This document shows positions 35,019 through 47,955 of a stretch of DNA of 64,000 nucleotides, in pieces; the stretch's first letter is position 1, and each line of letters opens with the position of its first letter. This stretch comes from Mustelus asterias. Lineage: Eukaryota. The notes beneath the pieces were generated by a model. It was not told the origin of the DNA. It did not search any database and worked only from the letters and a program-made list of their open reading frames with translations. The stretch is taken from the NCBI RefSeq assembly GCF_964213995.1, contig NW_027590224.1, forward strand, positions 496,001 to 560,000, written 5' to 3'. A program made the position numbers and the translations under genes.

Positions 35019-37547
35019 GCGTTCATCCAGGCTTTTAAGGATGGACTCTCTAGTTCTCACCAGGTCATCCTAAAAATGGGAGTGATTATGTCCCAAGATT
35101 ACGATGAATTGGTAGAATGGGCTAGTGGCATACCTGCAGATGGATAGGAGAGATCTTAGTTTTTGTATTTCAGTGTGTTTGTGAGATCTGGTAGCTTGTC
35201 GAATGTAGGTGGTTGTTGTTGTAATTAGATTGAGAGCAGGGAGCTCTTTGTTCCTGTGGAATGTTTGCTACAGGCAGTGGGTGCAGTGTATATTGCACCT
35301 TGGTTTAGCCTCAGGGGGCTGGGAGAGTGTTAAAACTGTTAAAGATTAAAGTGATAAGATTTCTTGAATTTACTTCTGTTTTGAGTCAATTGCAGTTTGG
35401 AAGAAAGAAGAATAAAAGCGATTGTCTTAATCAACGTTCTGTATTCTCTTTGAATGTTTTACACTCATCCCAGTCTGAAATGATAAGTTTGAATGAAAAA
35501 GGATGTACTGTGGAATGACTTTTGGAAGCTTCCATGTGTATGTGTGTGTGTGTTTAAACAAAGTGGTTGCGTGGATGCTTTGTTGTTGTTTGTTTTAATG
35601 TTAAGAAAGGATTTAAACCTTGGAAGGAAGCATGTGCTCTTTCCTTTGTCTTGAAGTAGAAATTATAAGAGTTAGTCGAGGAGTTAAGAGAAGAAAATAA
35701 GTTATTTTGTGGAAAGGTAGAAAAGCAGGAACAAAAGACTGAGGTCTATGAATCAGTTTAAAGTATATCAAGTCAGTGAAATACAGTATTAATCGCAGAA
35801 TATCGCGATTTGCGAACGTCAGATAGTTTAGTATCCTGAACTAGTTAAAATTATGTACTGCCATCGGAATTTCATGAGCCATCAAGGTTCAAGGTTTGCC
35901 AAATATAAAAGCACTGCAAAGCTTAAAATCTAGCCAGTTAAGAAACCAAAATGTTCCTAATCAAATAACTGGTATGTATTGTACCTGCTTTGATTTTGAT
36001 TCGGCGCCTGTTACTTTTCCTAGAGTGCGGGGGTTTCGATCTGGAGCTCAGTTTAAAAATAGAAACGGCTTGAATTAAAAGGGTTTGGATATCACGGTTA
36101 CGATGTGTAAAGTGGTATGATACAACTGCCGCTTGATTATTTTTATTATACAGTATAGCACTGCCATATAGACACAAGAATAACATCAAATCCTGAAAAG
36201 CCTTAACCAACTTTGTATGATATATTCATATACTATATTGTGTATTGATAAAGACATAATTATTTTGTGAAGTACTGTGGTGTAGCGCTTACACACAAAC
36301 AAATGATCAAATTAGAGATAATGTAAGAGTACATCATATAAAGATCGGAACTGTATGGCATGTGATTTTAATGGGGAAAGCGATGTCTTTTGATAAAGAT
36401 TACATACAAATGAATGGATGTCCAATTGCAGCCAAAAAAGGCCAGTACAAAGTGTTATTTAATTCACACTAAGCTTGCTATGGAAGGGGGATATATAGTT
36501 AAAATGTATAATGCACTAGCTAAAGACATACAAACATCAGGGAGAAGGTGGGCAGAGGTATTGCCCACTAGTTTAAAGAAATTAAGAGCTACCACAAACC
36601 GGACAACCGGATTAACCCCTTATGAACTAATGACAGGACGGGCGATGCAATTACCAGAAAGCATCATAACAGGTGGGACCGATGTCGGTCCACTAAAAGA
36701 TAAAATCAAAAGATACGTTCTGGACCTGAGCACCCAGCTAAAAGGGATGCGCAAATTGGTAAAAGACAATCAGGAAATAAAAGACGCAGAGAGAGAGCTG
36801 GAAATGCTCCCTGACGTCCCAACAGTGGGAAGTCGCGTCCTAGTGAAAACACTACCCGACAAACCAGGGTTTGCACCAAAGTGGAATGGGCCACATGAAA
36901 TTATAATTAGTGGGGATACCTGTGCCTGTATAGACATAAGAGGAAAGGTGTCTGGAAGCACTGGACACAGCTGAAATTATACAAAGGAGATAAGTAGCTA
37001 AATTGATGAACTAACAGAACTGCTTTCCTCGACACAGGCAAAGACTGCAAGCAAGAGCCGGCGTGCGCGGGTTAATAAATGAAATAACTGTAAAAAATTG
37101 AATTGTAGTGTTAAGTTTTATAACTGTTGCGAATATGTATGTAATCGCGTATGTAATTGTATTATTTTGTGTTGTGGTAACCGTAAATCTGACTGGGCTA
37201 GAAGACAACTTGTTTTACAAAGCCCACATACATTTACATGGGAATCGTACCTGTTACATGGGTTGATTATACTCATTGTCATTATACTTGTCTGTTGTCT
37301 GACTGTGGGATGCCTTAAAGCCTGTTTTAAAATAATGTTGACAAGAATTGTGCCAGGAGCCAGTGTGTACATCGAAGAAGAACCCCTAATGAAGATCCCC
37401 GAAGACGTCAGAAGAAATGAAGATACTGGAAGAAATAAAGACATCAAAAGAAGCAAAGAAGGAGAGAAGAACGAAGACCTGTATATGTGAATGTATGATT
37501 GTTGGTCTGAGGATTGTCCAAGCTATAATCCGACCAAAAGGAGGGAC

Positions 37548-38187
37548 TGTAAGGGGGAAAATACAAGGGGGGCACACTCTAAAATGGCAATACAAGAAAG
37601 CACACTCTAAAATGGCTGCCTGGCACATAAAGGGTTAACTGGGAAAGCCAAAAGAGCAGACACAGGCTCCTGCTGTTCAGAAAAAACCTAACACACAAGC
37701 CATTTCCAAATCACAGACAGTGACTCATAGCAAACAAACACCTCAGGAAGCCAAAGCCAAGGGTCAAGACATCTTTTAAGATAAGGAAACCCCAAAACAA
37801 AGAGCTTAGATTAATGTTAAAGGAAGGCGGGAAATATGAATGCGAGGGAACCGATTAGCACCTGAACGAGACGAAACTAGCCATTGATAGATACAGACAT
37901 AAGGAGATGTACCCATTCATAAAATGCTAAATGTCTATACCTGTTTGTATTCTTGTAAATATGGGGAAATGTACCCATTCATGAAATGCTAAATACTTGT
38001 AAATGTGATAATCTTCGAATCACCGGTCTAACCCATTGTGTAAAGGGTATAAATTTGAACCGCTCCCGGTATACAATGGAGAGAAGGTTTACTACAGACC
38101 AAGTACTTTGTCTCTATGGAGCTCCATTTAATAAATCGTATTTTCTGAATCTCGAAGTCTGACTACTAGTGGATTTTTCCCACAACA
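37548..38187 (+). repeat. LTR 4 (3' LTR)
   Basis: PPT aaaaggaggga at 37536-37546; TSD TCTT follows. Confidence 0.95.
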
Positions 38188-39665
38188 TCTTGCTCTCACA
38201 TCTCATCTGGCAACTTGAGATTGTTGTTGACGCTCTATCTCTGAGGTTTCTGGAGGTAACAACAAATCAAACATAGTTCGCAACTTTCTCTTGATCAACG
38301 CAGGAGAACTTTGGGCAGTTGCAGGAGGAGTTTTCTACAAGATACCAAAAAGCTTTTCACATGGCATGACAATCAACCTTGCTCTTTTGAAGAATCTTTC
38401 AAAGATTGTACAAGTCTTTCAGCTAATCTATTGGTTGATGGATGATAATGCCTGCAATTTACGTACTGAAGACCATTTACTTTCAGATAATCTTCTGTGA
38501 AGTGAACTGTGAACCATTATTACTAATAATCTGTTCCAGTTTACCAAGTCTTGCAAAGATTTCATCAAGTTTTTTAATGGTTTGTTTGTAGATCTCATGA
38601 TAACAATTTCTGGCCATTTTGAGTGTGCATCAATTCTAACTAAAAACATGCAACCCTCAAACGGACCAACAAAATCTACATCAACAGTCAGGCTGTAAAT
38701 GAGACAATGGTGATGTATTTCTTATTCATCTACGAGATCGACACTGTCCCTCTTTTTCTTCAATCTGAGCATCCAGATCCAGCCACCAAAAATAACTATG
38801 TGCTACTTCCTTCATCTGGACTATACCAATATCTTAGAATCTTAGAATCCCTATAGTGCAGAAGGAGGCCATTTGGCCCATTGAGCCTGCACTAGCAACA
38901 CTCCCACCAGGCCCTATTCCCGTAACTCCATACATTTACCCTGCTAATCCCCCAGACACTAAGGAAAATTTCAGCATGGTCAATCCATCTAACCCGCACA
39001 TCTTTGGACTGTGGGAGGAAACTGGAGCACTCGGAGGAAACCCACACAGACACGAGGAGAATGTGCAGACTCTGGACAGACAGTGACCCAAGCTGGAAAC
39101 CGATCCCAGGTCCCTGGCCCTAGGAGGCAGCAGTGGTAACCACTGTGCCACCATGCCATCCAATGTCCTTCATGTAGGTGTTCAAGAACTCTTCACGCAG
39201 ACTAGGAAGAATGATCATTCAGATTCCCCACAATAGACAGCCATCTTGGCTGGTGAACTCAAGCTTTCTTGGCACAGTTGGTTTAAAATCAGGATGTTAA
39301 TGTTGCGTTCCAGCTATCATTCCTTTCAATACCATATCCAATACCTTCCCCAAGACAGGGTCATTTCTGGTATGTTTCTGAACTTGAGAAGCTGGCACAA
39401 GGAAATGCTCTTCTAGCGAAAAGTAAAGAATATTAGCAAAACTAGTTGTTGGCATCTGCTCAATAGGTAAAGGTAAGTGTGATAATGCATCAGCATTAAC
39501 ATAGCATTCTGATTGACGATACTTTATATCACAGGAGTGTGCAGGGAAGATCAGTGACCATCTTTGCGATTGACTGGCAGCTAATAATGGTATGCCCAAT
39601 ATATGGCCCAATAGTAGTTAAGGGTGCACGGTCAGCCAATAATGAGGAATGATGACCACATAATT
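38188..39665 (-). mobile_element. Gypsy element B pol relic (RNase H to integrase), interrupted by a SINE at 38833-39160
   Basis: QRWSLI...DIKYR...NADALSHLP; DFVGPFEG.MFLVRIDAHSKWPE. Confidence 0.8.
38833..39160 (-). mobile_element. HE1-type V-SINE
   Basis: Head, V-domain and tail on the minus strand. Confidence 0.85.
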
Positions 39666-39761
39666 GTTTCTCAGACAATTGGCTAAGATCAAGCATCGGA
39701 TCAAGCCCAAGCTGGGCGCAATGCCTTATCTTGTCAGCTTGGATTGTGTTTGTCTCTCTTG

Positions 39762-40015
39762 CGGGTTCAATTCAGGTCTTGGTTGGCTGTGTGGAGTTTG
39801 CACATTCTTCCCATGTCTGTGTGTGTTTTCTCCAGATGCTCCAGTTTCCTCCCACAATCCAAAGATGTGTTGGTTAAATGGATTGTCTGTGGTAAATGTG
39901 TGGGGTTACGGGGATAGGGCGGGGCAGAGGGTCTGGGTAAGATGTTCTGTCAGAGGGTCAGTGCAGACCTGATGGGCTGAATGGCCTCTTCTACACTGTA
40001 GGTGTTCTATGATGT
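39762..40015 (+). mobile_element. HE1-type V-SINE, 5'-truncated
   Basis: V-domain and tail gttctatgatg. Confidence 0.8.
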
Positions 40016-40640
40016 ACGATTTTAGTTCAGCATGAGTTGAGATCCAATGAAATACTTTCTGAAATGGAGTCTCTGCTATCGGGAATATGTCAGCCTCGAT
40101 TTTTGTGTTTAAGTCCCGGAATGGGACTGAATTTGGGATCTTTGTCCCTTTGAGCTCAGTGCGAACAACACGCTAATACTCAGTTCTGGTGAAAGGTCAC
40201 AGAACTGAAATGTGAAACTCCTTCGGTCTCTACAACTGCTGGGATTTCCAGCATTCTTTTCTTTTTATTCAAATCTTCAATAGCTTCACGATCTGGTCGG
40301 TCCATTTCCTGGCCTGGCACTGCCGCTTCATAGATGCTTGGTTCTGTCACAGTTCATCTACAGAGTGACATTTCACTGGGCTTCACTTCCTGGCCAGCTC
40401 CATTCCTGAGTGGACAAAGCTTCCTAATCGTCACTCTCTTTTTTACGATTCTAATACAGTTCCTCTCAGGGTGAAATATCTCCTTTTAAAAACCAGTTTG
40501 GAGAAGTTTCCCAGAAATAGAACTGGTTTCGAGAGACAGAGAATAAAGAGCTGAATGGGGGTGAAGATGGAGGAAAGTTTCCCCCAGATCCCCCTCTTCT
40601 CCACCACCCAGCTTGCCCCCTGCCCCACCTCACCCCACCC

Positions 40641-41030
40641 TGAGACACTGACAGTCCCTGCAGCTCCTTTCCATCCATTCCCCACACAGGGATCAGCTCG
40701 GAGACTCCACACTGAGAGCAGGAGGGACACAAACACATTCACTGTCACGCTGAGCAGGAAATAGTTAATCTGGGGTAGGGTCCTGCAGCTGGTTCCATTC
40801 ACACAGAGAGAGGGTGCTGAACATCCCCGCTCTCTCCTTCCTCTGCGGGGGAGAGGGGGGAGAATGCTGGACATTTGGACCATCCCCGCTCTCTGCTCCC
40901 TCTCCCCGGGTGTGGGCTGGACAGTTTCCCGGGAGCCGGCACTCGGATTGTTGTTTCACTCCAATCCCTTCAGCGGAAAAGCAGCTTTTAACCCGGCTTT
41001 TCCTGACAGAGGCTGGGACATTATTCCTCT
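40641..41030 (-). promoter_or_regulatory. Copy B of the promoter/first-exon module; donor mutated (CAG|GGACTG)
   Basis: Homologous to 3998-4325 and 52267-52600. Confidence 0.55.
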
Positions 41031-41034
41031 CCCT

Positions 41035-41830
41035 CCCCCCCCCCCCACCCCCCGGCACCCCCACCCCACCATCACCCACACATCACCCCCACCCCACCCT
41101 CACCCCCCCACCATCACCCCCATCCCACCCTCGCCCCCCCCACCATCACCCCCACCCTACCCTACCCTTACCCCCACCCCACCATCACCCCCACCCTACC
41201 CTTAACCCCACCCCACCATCACCCTCACCCCACCCTCACCCCCACCATCACCCCCACCATCACCCCCACCCCACCATCACCCCCACCCCACCATCACCCC
41301 CACCCCACCATCACCCCCACCCCACCATCACCCCCATCCCACCATCACCCCCACCCCACCATCACCCCCACCCTCACCCCCACCCCACCATTACTCTCAC
41401 CCCCACCCCACCCTCACCCCCCCTCCATCCACCCCCACCCCACCATCACCCCCACCCCCACCCCACCATCACCCCCACCCCACCATCACCCCCACCCCAC
41501 CCCACCATTACTCTCACCCCCACCCCACCCTCACCCCCCCACCCCACCATTACTCTCACCCCCACCCCACCCTCACCCCCCCACCCTCACCCCCACCCTC
41601 ACCCCCACCCCCCCACCCTCACCCCCACCCTCACCCCCACCCCCACCCCACCATCACCCCCACCCCACCATCACCCCCACCCCACCCTCACCCCCACCAT
41701 CACCCCCACCCCACCCCCCCCAACCATCACTACCCCCACCCCCACCCCACCATCACCCTCACCCCCAGCCCCACCATCACCCCCACCCCACCCTCACCCC
41801 CACCCCACCCTCACCCCCACCCCACCATCT
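41035..41830. repeat. C-rich low-complexity (cacccc/ccat)n tract
   Basis: Directly visible; source of the Pro/His ORF. Confidence 0.9.
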
Positions 41831-41854
41831 CACTGTCAATGGGACAGACAGCAG

Positions 41855-42180
41855 AGTTTTCACTTACAACATGGTTTTCTGGAGGGGAGGTCGTGTCTCA
41901 CTAACTTGATCAAGTTTTTCGAAGAAGTGACGAAGATGGTTGATGAGGGTAGGGCAGTGGATGTTGTCTACATGGACTTCAGTAAGGCCTTTGACAAGGT
42001 CCCTCATGGCAGACTGGTGCAGAAGGTGATTGCATGGGATCAGAGGTGAGCTGGTAAGGTGGATACAAAACTGGCTCGGTCACAGAAGACAGAGGGTAGC
42101 ATTGGACGGGTGCGTTTCTGAATGGAGGGCTGTGACAAGTGGCATTCCTCACGCAGCAGTGCTGGGACTTTTGCTGTTCG
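41855..42180 (+). mobile_element. CR1 RT fragment, resuming at 45990-46018
   Basis: QHGFLEGRSCLTNL...DFSKAFDKVPH; IYINDLE after the minus-strand insertion. Confidence 0.75.
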
Positions 42181-42183
42181 CAA

Positions 42184-45100
42184 TAGAACATAGAACATAG
42201 AACATTACAGTGCAGTACAGGCCCTTCGGCCCTCGATGTTGCGCCAACGAGTGAAACCAATCTAAGGCCCATCTAACCTACACTATTCCAATATCACCCA
42301 TATGTTTATCCAATAACCATTTGAATGCTCTTAATGTTGGCGAGTCCACTACTGCTGCAGGCAGGGCATTCCACGCCCTTACTACTTTCTGAGTGAAGAA
42401 ACTACCTCTGACCTCTGTCCTATATCTATCACCTCTCAATTTAAAGCTATGTCCCCTCACGCGAGCTATCACCATCCAAGGAAAAAGGCTCTCACTATCC
42501 ACCCTATCTAATCCTCTGATCATCTTGTATGCCTCTATTAAGTCACTTCTTAACCTTCTTCTCTCCAACGAAAACAATCTTAAGTCCCTCAGCCTTTCCT
42601 CATAAGACCTTCCCACCATACCAAGCAACATCCTGGTAAATCTCCTCTGCACCCTTTCCAATGCTTGCGCATCCTTCCTATAATGCGGCGACCAGAACTG
42701 TACGCAATACTCCAAGTGCGGCCGCACCAGAGTTTTGTACAGCTGCAACATGACCTCCTGGCTCTGAAACTCAATCCCTCTACCAATAAAAGCTAACACT
42801 CCGTACGCCTTCTTAACAACCCTATCAACCTGGGGTGCCAACTTTCAGGGATCTATGCACATGGACACTGAGATCTCTCCGTTCATCCACACTACCAAGT
42901 ATCTTACTATTAGCCCAGTACTCTGTAATCCTGTTACTCCTTCCAAAGTGAATCACCTCACACTTTTCCGCATTGAACTCCATTTGCCACCTCTCAGCCC
43001 AGCTCTGCAGCTTATCTATGTCCCTCTGTAACCTGCAACAACCTTCCGCACTGTCCACAACTCCACCGACTTTAGTGTCATCCGCAAATTTACTAACCCA
43101 TTCCTCTACACCCTCATCCAGGTCATTTATAGAAATGACAAACAGCAGTGGCCCCAAAACAGATCCTTGCGGTACACCACTAGTAACTGAACTCCAGGAT
43201 GAACATTTCCCATCAACCACCACCCTCTGTCTTCTTACAGCTAGCCAATTCCTGATCCAAACTGCTAAATCACCCTCAATCCCATGCCTCCGTATCTTCT
43301 GCAATAGCTTACCGTGGGGAACCTTATCAAACGCTTTACTGAAATCCATATACACCACATCAACTGCTTTACCCTCATCCACCTCTTTGGTCACCTTCTC
43401 AAATAACCCAATAAGGTTTGTGAGGCACGACCTACCCTTCACAAAACCGTGCTGACTGTCCCTAATCAAATTATTCCTTTCTGGATGATTATAAATCCTA
43501 TCTCTTATAATCCTTTCCAAAACTTTGCCCACAACAGAAGTAAGGCTCACCGGTCTATAATTACCAGGGTTGTCCCTACTCCCCTTCTTGAACAATGGGA
43601 CAACATTTGCTATCCTCCAGTCTTCTGGCACTATTCCTGTAGACAATGACGACATAAAGATCAAAGCCAAAGACTCTGCAATCTCTTCCCTAGCCTCCCA
43701 GAGAATACTAGGATAAATCCCATCCGACCCAGAGGACTTATCTATTTTCACACTTTCCAGAATTGCTAACACCTCCTCCTTATTAACCTCAATCCCGTCT
43801 AGCCCAACAGCCTGTATCTCAGTATTCTCCTCGACAACATTGTCTTTTTCCTACGTGAATACTGACGAAAAATATTCATTTAGCGCCTCTCCTATCTCTT
43901 CAGGCTCCACGCACAACTTCCCACTACTGTCCTTGACTGACCCTAATCTTACCCTAGTCATTCTTTTATTCCTGACATACCTGTAGAAAGCTTTAGTGTT
44001 TTCCTTGATCCTACCTGCCAAAGACTTCTCATGTCCCCTCCTGGCTCTTCTTAACTCTCTCTTTAGGTGCTTCCTGGCTAACGTGTAACTCTCAAGCACC
44101 CTAACTGAGCCTTCACGTCTCTTCTTTACATAAGTCTCCTTCTTCCTCTTCACAAGAGATTCAACGTCTTTTGTAAACCACGGTTCCCTCACTCGACCAC
44201 TTCCTCCCTGCCTGACAGGTACATACTTATCAAGGACACGCAGTAGCTGTTCCTTGAACAAGCTCCACATTTCAATTGTGCCCATCCCCTGCAGTTTCCT
44301 TCCCCAACCTATGCATCCTAAATCTCGCCTAATCGCATCATAATTTCCTTTCCCCCAGCTATAACTCTTGCCCTGTGGTATATACCTATCCCTTTCCAGA
44401 GCTAAATTAAACAAAACCGAATTATGGTCACTATCACCAAAGTGCTCACCTACCTCCAAATCTAACACCTGGCCTGGTTCATTACCCAGTACCAAATCCA
44501 ATGTGGCCTCGCCTCTTGTTGGCCTATCTACATACTGTGTCAGGAAACCCTCCTGCACACATTGGACAAAAGCTGGCCCATCTAAAGTACTCGAACTGTA
44601 GCTTTTCCAGTCAATATTTGTAAAGTTAAAGTCCCCCATAACAACTACCCTGTTACTTTCGCTCCTATCCAGAATCATCTTTGCAATCCTTTCCTCTACA
44701 TCTCTGGAACTTTTCGGAGGTCTATAGAAAACTCCCAACAGGGTGACCTCTCCTTTCCTGTTTCTAACCTCAGCCCAAACTACCTCAGTAGACGAGTCCT
44801 CATCAAACGTCCTTTCTGCCACTGTAATACTGTCCTTGACTAACAATCCCACACCTCCACCTCTTTTACCACCTTCCCTGCTCTTACTGAAACATCTAAA
44901 CCCCGGAACCTGCAACAACCATTCCTGTCCCTGCTCTATCCATGTCTCCGAGATGGCCACAACATCGAAGCCCCAGGTACCAACCCATGCTGCAAGTTCA
45001 CCCACCTTATTCCGGATGCTCCTGGCTTTGAAGTAGACATCCCCATCCCTTTTCCTACCTGTGTCTTGGGTGCCTATGTGAACCACGACTTGGGGCTGGT

Positions 45101-45985
45101 CCCCCTCCCCCTTAAGGACCCCGAAAACACGATCCTACACATCATGGACCCTGGCACCTGGGAGGCAACACACCAAGCGCAAGTCCCTCTCGTTCCCACA
45201 GAATCTCCTATCTGTCCCCCTAACTATGGAGTCCCCAATTACTAATGTTCTACTCCTCTCCCCCCTTCCCTTCTGAGCAACAAGGACAGACTCTGTCCCA
45301 GAGACCTGTACCCCATGGCTTACCCCTGCTAAGTCCCCCCGCCGCCAACAGTATCCAAAACGGAATACTTGTTATGCAGAGGAACAGGGGATCCAGGGAA
45401 TCGCTGCTCTCACTGCATCTTACCCCTTCTAGACGTCACCCACGTATCATAATTTCTAGGAGTAGCTACCTCCCTGTAGCTTCTATCTATAGCTGCCACT
45501 TCTATCTATAGCTGCCTCTGCCTCCCAAATGATCCTGAGTTCATCCAGCTCCAGCTCCCTAACACGGTCTTCCAGGAGCTGGAATTGGGTCCATTTCCTG
45601 CCGGTGTACTCAGCCGGGACACTGGTGTCCCTCACCTCAAACATCCCACAGGAGGAACATTGCACTGCCTGCACTGACATCCCTGCTAACTTCCCAAACT
45701 AAGAAACAAAAGAGAAAAAAAAAGCTCACCTGCTCTCACTCCGAGTCTTTTTTTTTTAGGTGAGAGGAGGGGGGAAGGTGGGAGACATTACACGTGTAGG
45801 ATCTCGGGTTTCCTCCCCGTTCAAATTTATTGGGCAAAAGAAAACCTTCCCAGGCCTCTCTGCGGCCTACTTCCGGTTTCCCATTTCCTCTTGTACTCGA
45901 AATAAAAACTCCAACAAAAAGTAATGTAAAAATCAAAGTCTCGTACCTTCAGCTCCTCTCACTCGAATCGCTCCCTCTCCGGTGT
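42184..45985 (-). mobile_element. Near full-length, disrupted CR1 LINE
   Basis: ORF1 CSSC N-terminus (45680); internal deletion fusing esterase to endonuclease; ORF2 broken into 45040-43851, 43772-42825 and 42841-42278; (gttctat)n tail. Confidence 0.9.
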
Positions 45986-46018
45986 AACAATGTAATATAT
46001 ATAAATGATTTGGAGGAA

Positions 46019-47396
46019 GGACAAGCCCTCCATATACACAGGATCTGTTCAGATGAGGAGGATCACAACAGACACCTACAGACATTGAAAGACGCCCTCA
46101 TAAAAACAGGATATGGTGCTCAACTCATTGATCGACAGTTCCAATGCGCCACAGCGAAAAACCGTACCGATCTCCTCAGAAGACAAACACGGGACACGGC
46201 GGACAGAGTACTCTACGTCATCTAGTACTTCCCCAGAACGGAGAAGCTACAACATCTTCTCCGGAGCCTTCAACATGTCATCAATGAAGGCGAACATCTC
46301 GCCAAGGCCATCCCCACACCCCCACTTCTTGCCTTCAAACAACTGCACAACCTCAAAGAGACCATTGTCCGCAGCAATGGTCTCTTTGACTACCCAGCCT
46401 TCAGGAGAACAATGACCACGACACCACACAACCCTGCCACAGCAACCTCTGCAAGACATGCCGGATGATCGACATGGATGCCATCATCTCACGTGAGAAC
46501 AACATCCACCAGGTACACGGTTCATACTCTTGCAACTCAGCCAACGTTGTCTACCTAATATGCACAGTAAGAAGTCTCACAACACCAGGTTAAAGTCCAA
46601 CAGGTTTATTTGGTAGCAAATACCATAAGCTTTCGGAGCACAGCTCCTTTGTCAGATGGAGTGGATATCTGTTCTCAAACAGTGCAAACAGACACAGAAA
46701 TCAAATTACAGAATACTGATTAGAATGCAAATCTCTACAGCCAGCCAGGTCTTAAATGTACAGACAATGTGGGTGGAGGGAGCATTCAACACAGGTTAAA
46801 GAGATGTGTATTGTCTCCAGACAGAACAGCTCGTGAAATTCTGCAAGTCCAGGAGGCCAGCTGTGGGGGTTACAGATAATGTGACATAAATCCAACATCC
46901 CGGTTTAGGCCGTCCTCATGTGTGCGGAACTTGGCTATCAGTTTCTGCTCAGCGACTCTGCGCTGTCGTGTGTCGTGAAGGCCGCCTTGGAGAACGCTTA
47001 CCTGAAGATCCAAGGCTGAATGCCCGTGACTGCTGAAGTGCTCGGGAGTCACACTGTCTGTAACCCCCACGACTTGCCTGGACTTGCAAAATCTCACTAA
47101 CTGTCCTGACTGGAGACAATACACATCTCTTTAACCTGTGCTTAACCCTCTCTCCACTCACATTCTCTGTACCTTTAAGACTTGATTACCTGTAAAGACT
47201 TGCATTCCAACCATTATCTTGTAAATTGAGTTTGTGTCTCTGTATGCCCTGTTTGTGAATACAACTCCTCACTCACCTGAAGAAGGAATGATACTCCGAA
47301 AGGTTGTCCTACCTAATAAACCTGTTGGACTTTAACCTGGTGTTGTAAGACTTCTTACTGTGTTTACCCCAATCCAACGCCGGCATCTCCACATCA
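46019..47396. mobile_element. Cluster of Penelope fragments: + 46019-46560, - 46562-47045, + 47049-47396
   Basis: GQALHIHRICSDEED homology to 13440 onward; pLTR sequences in both orientations. Confidence 0.85.
46623..46659 (-). ncRNA. Hammerhead ribozyme motif with a core mutation (CTGACAA)
   Basis: CCAT-CTGACAA-AGGAGC tgt GCTCC-GAAAGCTT-ATGG. Confidence 0.6.
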
Positions 47397-47598
47397 TTAA
47401 AGGGGTTCAGACAGATAAACACAGAGTCTGGTTCCTGTATTAAAGGGGTTCAGACAGATAAACCCAGAGTCTGGTTCCTGTATTAAAGGGGTTCAGACAG
47501 ATAAACCCAGAGTCTGGTTCCTGTATTAAAGGGGTTCACACAGTAAGAAGTCTCACAACACCAGGTTAAAGTCCAACAGGTTTATTTGGTGGCAAATG

Positions 47599-47635
47599 CC
47601 ATAAGCTTTCGGAGCGCTGCCCCTTCGTCAGATGG
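47599..47635 (-). ncRNA. Minimal hammerhead ribozyme
   Basis: CCAT-CTGACGA-AGGGGC agc GCTCC-GAAAGCTT-ATGG. Confidence 0.75.
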
Positions 47636-47918
47636 AGTGAAAATCTGTTCTCCAACAGTGCACAGAGACACAGAAATCAAGTTACAGAATACTGATTAGA
47701 ATGCAAATCTCTACAGCCAGCCAGGTCTTAAAGGTACAGATAATGTGGGTGGAGGGAACATTCAACACAGGTTAAAGAGATGTGTATTGTCTCCAGACAG
47801 AACAGCTAGTAAGATTCTGCAAGATCAGGGGGAAAGCTGTAGGGGTTACTGATAATGTGACATAAATCCAACATTGATTTCTGTGTCTCTGTGCACGGTT
47901 GGAGAACAGATTTTCACT

Positions 47919-47955
47919 CCATCTGACGAAGGGGCAGCGCTCCGAAAGCTTATGG
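47919..47955 (+). ncRNA. Minimal hammerhead ribozyme
   Basis: Same motif on the + strand. Confidence 0.75.

Larger units (their letters stand above)
19736..38187 (+). mobile_element. Tandem array of three non-autonomous ERV-like proviruses (LTR-int-[LTR remnant]-int-LTR-int-LTR)
   Basis: TG...CA LTRs; TSD TCTT at 19732-19735 and 38188-38191; PBS and PPT; three near-identical internal regions; unit period 4899 bp. Confidence 0.95.
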
